Of a DNA stretch of 64,000 bases, positions 58,103 to 64,000 are shown one piece after another. How positions within the stretch are numbered: the stretch's first letter is position 1; each line of letters begins with the position of its first letter. A program made the translations under genes and the position numbers. A model generated the notes under the pieces. It was not told the DNA's origin and searched no databases. It was given only the letters and a program-made list of their open reading frames with translations. Source of the stretch: the human T2T-CHM13v2.0 reference genome, Homo sapiens; the NCBI RefSeq assembly GCF_009914755.1, contig NC_060940.1. One strand, written 5' to 3'.

Positions 58103-58497
58103 TATACTATCCATTTTGTGTTGCTATAAAGGAATACCTGAGACTGGGTAATTTACAAAGAAAAGAGGTTTATTTGGCTCATGGTTCTGCAAGCTCTACA
58201 AGCATGACACCAGCATCTGCCCGGCTTTTGGTGAGGAAGTTTTACTCATGGCAGAAGGTGAAGAGGGAGCAAGGCATGTCACATGGCAAGACAGGGAGCA
58301 AGAAAGAGAGAGGGAGGTGCCAGGCTCCCTTAAACAACCAGCTCTTGCATGAACTAATAGAATGAGAATTAACTCATTACTGAGGGGAGGGCACCAAATC
58401 ATTCATAAGGGATCTGCCGCCATGACCCAAACACCTCTCACTAGGCCTCACTTCCAACATTGGAGGTCACATTTCAACATAAGATTAGGAGAGGACA
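58103..58497 (-). mobile_element. MSTB-like MaLR solo LTR
   Basis: ttgctataaaggaatacctgagactgggtaattt...catggcagaagg...cacatttcaacat. Confidence 0.82.
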
Positions 58498-60913
58498 AAA
58501 AATAATAATAAAATAAAAATAAAAACTGGGTACTTAAGTCACAAGAAGTGAAAGCACACATTCAAAGTCAGACTGAAATTAGTTACGTTTGGATTTCTAA
58601 ATTGCAGATTACGTTTATTATATATCGAAAAAGTTCTTCAAGTAAAATCTTCTAATACCATTGAGAAAATGAAAACTATTTAATTTCTCAATATCACCCT
58701 GATCACCAATTTATCTTTTCCCCTGAGCACACAGCCCTTTGATTTCCTCATGCCAAAAGACCTTATTTAATAGCTCCCCTTACCCCACATTTTCATTTCT
58801 TAAACTACCATTAGTTTTTCAGGACATATTCTCTGTTATCACTACTCTAAAAAATACTTTCTTGCTCTTCATACATGTTTGCTAAGTTGGCACTTAGCAA
58901 ACATCCCTATGTCATGAACCCTATATTATGTGTAGTATTTATCACACACAGCATTTCAATCTTAGTGCCCACAACATGGCAGCATGTAGATATTGACTAA
59001 GCATTGAATAATGTGAAGTATGAAGACATTCCCACCTATAAATGTATATCCCAGCATTGTTCATCTGCCTGAGTTTATCTCAGTACCCACCCCTTCTGAA
59101 ATGTCTTCACTAAGCAAGTTCTTTAGCCAGTCCTCTTGGCACTGGAAATTATAATCTATGCAATCCTGATTAAAAAGAGGCCCTGTGTGTAAGCAATTTA
59201 TCATTTTGACTCCGAAGGCATAAAAAGGACTCAATTCCATGAAGGCATTCCATGAAGACTCCATGTATTATCTTGATTTTTCTAAGAAAGAACCATTCAT
59301 TACATGGATTTTTTTTCCCAAGGAATATTTTTTACTTAGCTCATTTTTACAGGTTCCACAGAGACAAATGTTGTTTGTACCCAATGAAGAAAAATGGTCT
59401 GAGTTTCAAAAAAAGGTCAATGAATTAACTTAGTTTATTTTTAAGCAGGTTATTTTTCATACTCTCACTTGCCTGGAGCAAAGTTTAGGCTGTTCTGAAA
59501 CTTTACCCTGGTCTCTTTAGATAATTAAGCATTTATTATTCACTTGCCTTGCATTTTATTTAGATTTTCCATCTTCAATCACCTAGGATGGACTGCATCT
59601 GTTTTCTCACTGCTGTCCTCAAATTAGTGCCTTTTAAATAAATGCCACATTTCTCCTTGTCTGTGCCCAAAATATTACAGGCAAACATATGGTATTGGGG
59701 GTGGCAGGGAGGGGAAAACAAAAAAAAAACATTTTAAGAATACAAGTAAACTATTTTCAGCCTTTTGAAGTACCATAATAAAAACTATTCACAAGAATGA
59801 CAATTCATTTTACAATTACTACTGCCTTCCATTTTCTCTGATGCTACACTGTCTCTCCAACACCTATGGATAGAGGAGGCCTGAACCTGCTTCCAAGTTC
59901 TTTAGGTCTCTTTTCAAACCAATGTCATTCCCAGGTATGAACTATACTGCTTGAAAGTTAAGTGGGAAGCAAGGGAGAAGGTCAAAAATTGAGGTATGGG
60001 ATCAGGCAGATTCACCTTGAATCCTGCTTCAAACACCTTGGGCAAGAAACATGCAAGTCAAACTCAGTTGTCTCATCAGTAAAAGTGAGATGACACTAAT
60101 ACCTACCTCAAAATATTGTGTGGAAAAAATTAAATTAAATTCAATAATGTATGCAAACCCAGTTAGCACAATGGCAAGAACATAGTAAGAGTTCAATAAA
60201 TAAAGTTCTTGTTCTGTTCTTTTTATTCTTCCTGTTATGATTTGACAGAGGAATTTATCTAAAGGTGAGAAAGACATTTTACTTCATTCTCTCCGAAACA
60301 CAGTTTTGTCATTTGCAAAATGGAGACAGAAATTCTTCACTCCACAGTTTGGTTTAGTGTTTTGTCAAACCTAAAAGACTGTATATACACAATGATTTGG
60401 CTTTCTATTGTTGCTGTTATTATTAGCAGCACTAGTAGTACCATCACAGTGACCTCTGGAATAGGAAGATATATTAATAATCATTTCTTCTTTGTTTAGT
60501 GGTCCCAGAACCTTTCTATCTCCTTGTATGATCTAGAAGCAAATCTGAGCAAGAGTTTATTATGGTCTCAAGGCTATTTTTGCAAATACTAGAATAGCAT
60601 TGTGTTGCCTAGACACTTAAAACATAGTATGAGATTTGGAAAAAGCATGAATGCTGCTCCTAAATGAATTTCAAACAAAACAATCATATCTGAGATTAAT
60701 ATGGTGTTCTTTCCATCAGAGAAACAGATAGAAGTATAGACTGGATACCAAGCTTTATTCCCTAGATGTTTCCTCTTACATCTTCTCTATGAATTGTGGC
60801 AAGCTTTTCTCTTTCTATTAATTTGCACTTTCTTCCTCCTTCCCTTTATCCTCCCTGCTTCTTTTGCACATCCCTCCCGGCCTTCCCTTCCTCCAGCTCT
60901 CCCTGACTCTGCC

Positions 60914-60983
60914 CTTCCTTCCTTCCTTCCTTCCTTCCTTCCTTCCTTCCTTCCATTCTTCCTTCCTTCCTTCCTTCCTTCCC
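60914..60983. repeat. (TTCC)n polypyrimidine repeat
   Basis: Direct reading; explains the spurious ORFs 60787-61047 and 60794-61234. Confidence 0.92.
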
Positions 60984-62000
60984 TCTTTCCCTCATTCCAT
61001 CCTTCACTACTTACTGAAGGACTTCTAGGTGCCAGACATCTAGGCATAGGAATGCATAGATTTGCAAAATCAACAAATCATACAAGCCCCCTTCTTTCCT
61101 GGACCTTGCACTCTAGCATGGTAATTAACTTAAAAAATATAAACAAGTCAATAAACAAGATAACCCTGATTTTGTTAAAGCTCAAAGAAGAAAATAAAGA
61201 ACAAATGGTATATCTCTCTGTGCTCTTAAGGTGATAACTGAAACAATAGAAGAAGCTCTCTCTGATATGTTATGGCAACAGAAAATAATTCCATGAAGTG
61301 AAATGTAACAAGCAAGGGGAGAGCAGAACTTATCTGTTCCAAATTCCAGAGTTCTGTTTTTAGCATTCTTGCGAGGAAAAAACAAGATACATACAAGATT
61401 TATTGTCTCATGCCCTGGTTTATTTTTTGTTATTGAAAATATGATAACAGCAAAGAAGAGCTGACAGTGGTCAATGGACAATCTTCTTTATAAAGAGTAT
61501 GAATGTGACTGCCTTATGTAACCCGGTGAGGGACTGTTCACTGTCACAATATCGATCATTTTAGCTACAGATTTGACCCTTGATAGTATGCCAGAATCCT
61601 GGTGTAAAAAGGAACTGAAGGTTGGTCCCACATATGTGGTGATGTGTAATGGTATTCAGCCAACATTTTCGAACCCATCTATGCTGGGTCACTTCCTGAA
61701 GTAATGTGCAGACCTATCATGTAAAGAACCATCTTATTAGGTGCTCTCAGAGGTATGTGGGTCTTAGGTAACGAGTCTCTGCTCATCCATGACATTTTCT
61801 TTCTTTTACTAGAATTTGGATTCTTGGGTCAAAATTAGTAGCCATTCATAATGTTTTTGACCCATAGCATGCATTTTTAAAATCAACGTATATATTAATA
61901 TTCCCATTATCGGTTTATCCACCAAGTACTTGCTATTCCTGCATATTATAGTTTTTAATATCACATTTGCTAAATCTATAGAATTAAAAGTTGTTTTCTT

Positions 62001-62181
62001 CATATACATATATGTGTATATATACATGTACATATATGTATGTATAAATATATATGTATATACATATGTATGTGTGTATATACAAGCACATATTTACATA
62101 CACATGTGTATATATGTATACATATATGTGTGAATATACATGTATATATGTTTATAAGTACGCACACACACATGCACACAT

Positions 62182-62219
<38 letters not shown>
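62001..62219. repeat. TA/TG low-complexity tract ending in (CA)n
   Basis: Alternating purine-pyrimidine sequence; explains four overlapping spurious ORFs. Confidence 0.9.
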
Positions 62220-62223
<4 letters not shown>

Positions 62224-62684
62224 GAAGACACAGAAGCCCACTGCTTGCATTTTCCTGCCAAAGGATTACTTTAAGGATTTCCATGCAGTTAGCTGAGACC
62301 CTGTAGCTGAAGTACCTTTAGGCTTGACCTCAGGATCCAAGTCAAGACCCTGCTTTCCACAGGCACATCCCAGCCAATGACTGAGCATGGTGAGTTTATT
62401 AAAGCCTGGCCGTTTATGTGCAACATGAGACTCCTTTTAAGAGTAATGTTTGCTCCAGGGGTCCCATTGTTTTGGTCAAGATGTTGTCAGATCTACATTG
62501 CCTTATACTGCTTTTTCTCCTCTTTGATCGCATGGGTAGAAGATCTGCATTTGATAAGAGGAACTTCCATGTCCAAGTCGGCTACATACCCCTTTTATTT
62601 TTCACAGTCATAAGCCCCTAATAAGCCATTGGCACTACTATCTCTGTCTCAGCATTCTATTTTCCAAAGGACCCAACTAATACA
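62220..62684 (+). mobile_element. LTR16-like ERVL solo LTR
   Basis: cagccaatgactgagcatgg...aaagcctggcc...gtctcagcattct...ggacccaactaataca. Confidence 0.55.
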
Positions 62685-64000
62685 CATCTTTTGTTCCCCA
62701 CAAAGGGGGTATTTGCTTTCCATATGCTTACAGACTTTAAAATCTAAATGTTCAAGGCCATTGCCTCTTTTTTTCTTGTTTTTCTAATAAAAAATGTTAA
62801 ACAATGTTCTTAATCTATTTCTGCTTAGCTTGTATAACCTCCTTTAAAACACACACACATTTTATCAGTCTCAATTCTTTTTTTTAAGAGAGAGGTCCTC
62901 AAAGATAGAGTCTAATTTAGATTCTTAGGGACAACTAACACTTACTGCTTTCATTTGAACACACTCAAGCATAATTTTGCAGACATTTACCCAAAAATGT
63001 TTACATTCCACTCATACATATTTATGTTTCATCTAAAGAACTTAGTCTGACTTTTATCGATTATTGAATTTAGCTTCTATTTTTATTTAAATTGTGTCCA
63101 CCTTACTTAAAAACCTCAACTTCATTCACCCAACATTACTAAGAAAATATTCTGTGAATTCTTCAAGTATCATCTATCTCCATTACACTATCCACGATAA
63201 TGCCAAATAAACTTTCTAAACTATAAATCAGACAATTTGATATCTGTCAGATTGGAAGTGATAAAACTAAAATGAGTTTGTGTTGATATATATACACATT
63301 ATGCTGAATAAAAATGTAAATATTAAATGTTGCTGACAACAGTTAATTAAACAAATGGCAATCTATATCACTGAAACTTATAATTGTCCAAATCCTCTCA
63401 CTTAGCAGGGGGCTTTTATTATTTATACCTCATAGTAATTTATTCCTAAGAAACAAATTATCTAAATGACATTACCATGCTACCTTTATTTATGGTGGAA
63501 AAAGTCTGTCTTTTGAAATGGATTATGAGATACTTGTAGACTGAGATTAGCCTTTGTGATTTTTTTCTCCCTATATTTAATCCAGTGCCTGGCACACAGT
63601 GAATGTGTATAGGTATGTCAATAGGTATTTTCTGGATTAATGTCTATTTTGCAGTGGCAATGGTGAACAAAAAGACCCAATTGAACAAATGGCCAAGAAG
63701 AGAACATTACTCAGGTCCATTTTGGCATCTAACACATTTCTGTCTTACAGAAGACCCTGTGCCATAGTTATTACCTATTAAACTGAAGTTCAAAACAAAT
63801 TTGACATTAGTATCGAAATAAAAAACCAGGGTGTGAGTCCCACCTCTGCTATGAACTCTGCCACTGTAACTTTGGCCAAGTTATAGGACATCTCAAACTT
63901 GAAGGCAGCCACCTGCTCTGCCATTTCAGGATCATCAAGGGACCCAAATGAGAAAAAGTTTAGAACAGACTTCCTTCTTGGCTGCGGAAGGATATATAAT

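Noticed and set aside
60787-62306. ORFs of 67-146 aa with repetitive composition
   Set aside because: Products of (TTCC)n and TA/CA low-complexity sequence.
33244-64000. Additional cadherin exons, tRNA/rRNA/snRNA genes or processed pseudogenes
   Set aside because: No cadherin motifs or recognisable RNA-gene or pseudogene sequence found by eye; very short or diverged ones could have been missed.

Overview
Human/great-ape genomic DNA, AT-rich and almost entirely intronic, from inside the type II cadherin gene CDH8 on the minus strand. Three coding exons are present (168, 188 and 254 nt; probably exons 5-7, covering the end of EC2, EC3 and the start of EC4). The flanking exons lie outside the window. 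The dominant feature is a full-length ~6.06 kb L1PA2-type LINE-1 (9517-15581, + strand, 14-bp TSD) inserted antisense in the intron after the 254-nt exon. Its ORF1 (338 aa), ORF2 (1275 aa) and antisense ORF0 (71 aa) are all open. ORF2 carries substitutions at three functionally required positions (D205H endonuclease, Y415H PIP box, C1147W CCHC) but retains the RT FADD motif. Best new hypothesis: the L1 antisense promoter points down CDH8, and ORF0 splice donor SD2 has the same phase (2) and the same terminal AG as the natural CDH8 donor. Splicing to the next CDH8 exon would therefore give an in-frame ORF0-CDH8 fusion. With an antisense AATAAA in ORF2 and a 186-nt cryptic exon at 7148-7333, this forms a complete 'gene-breaking' architecture. 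No expression evidence is visible in the sequence. The rest is Alus, truncated and twin-primed L1s, solo LTRs (MER41A, MER61, MLT1A, MST, LTR16), DNA transposon relics, an ancient L2-clade ORF fossil and microsatellites. Repeat subfamily calls come from recalled consensus features and should be confirmed with RepeatMasker/Dfam.
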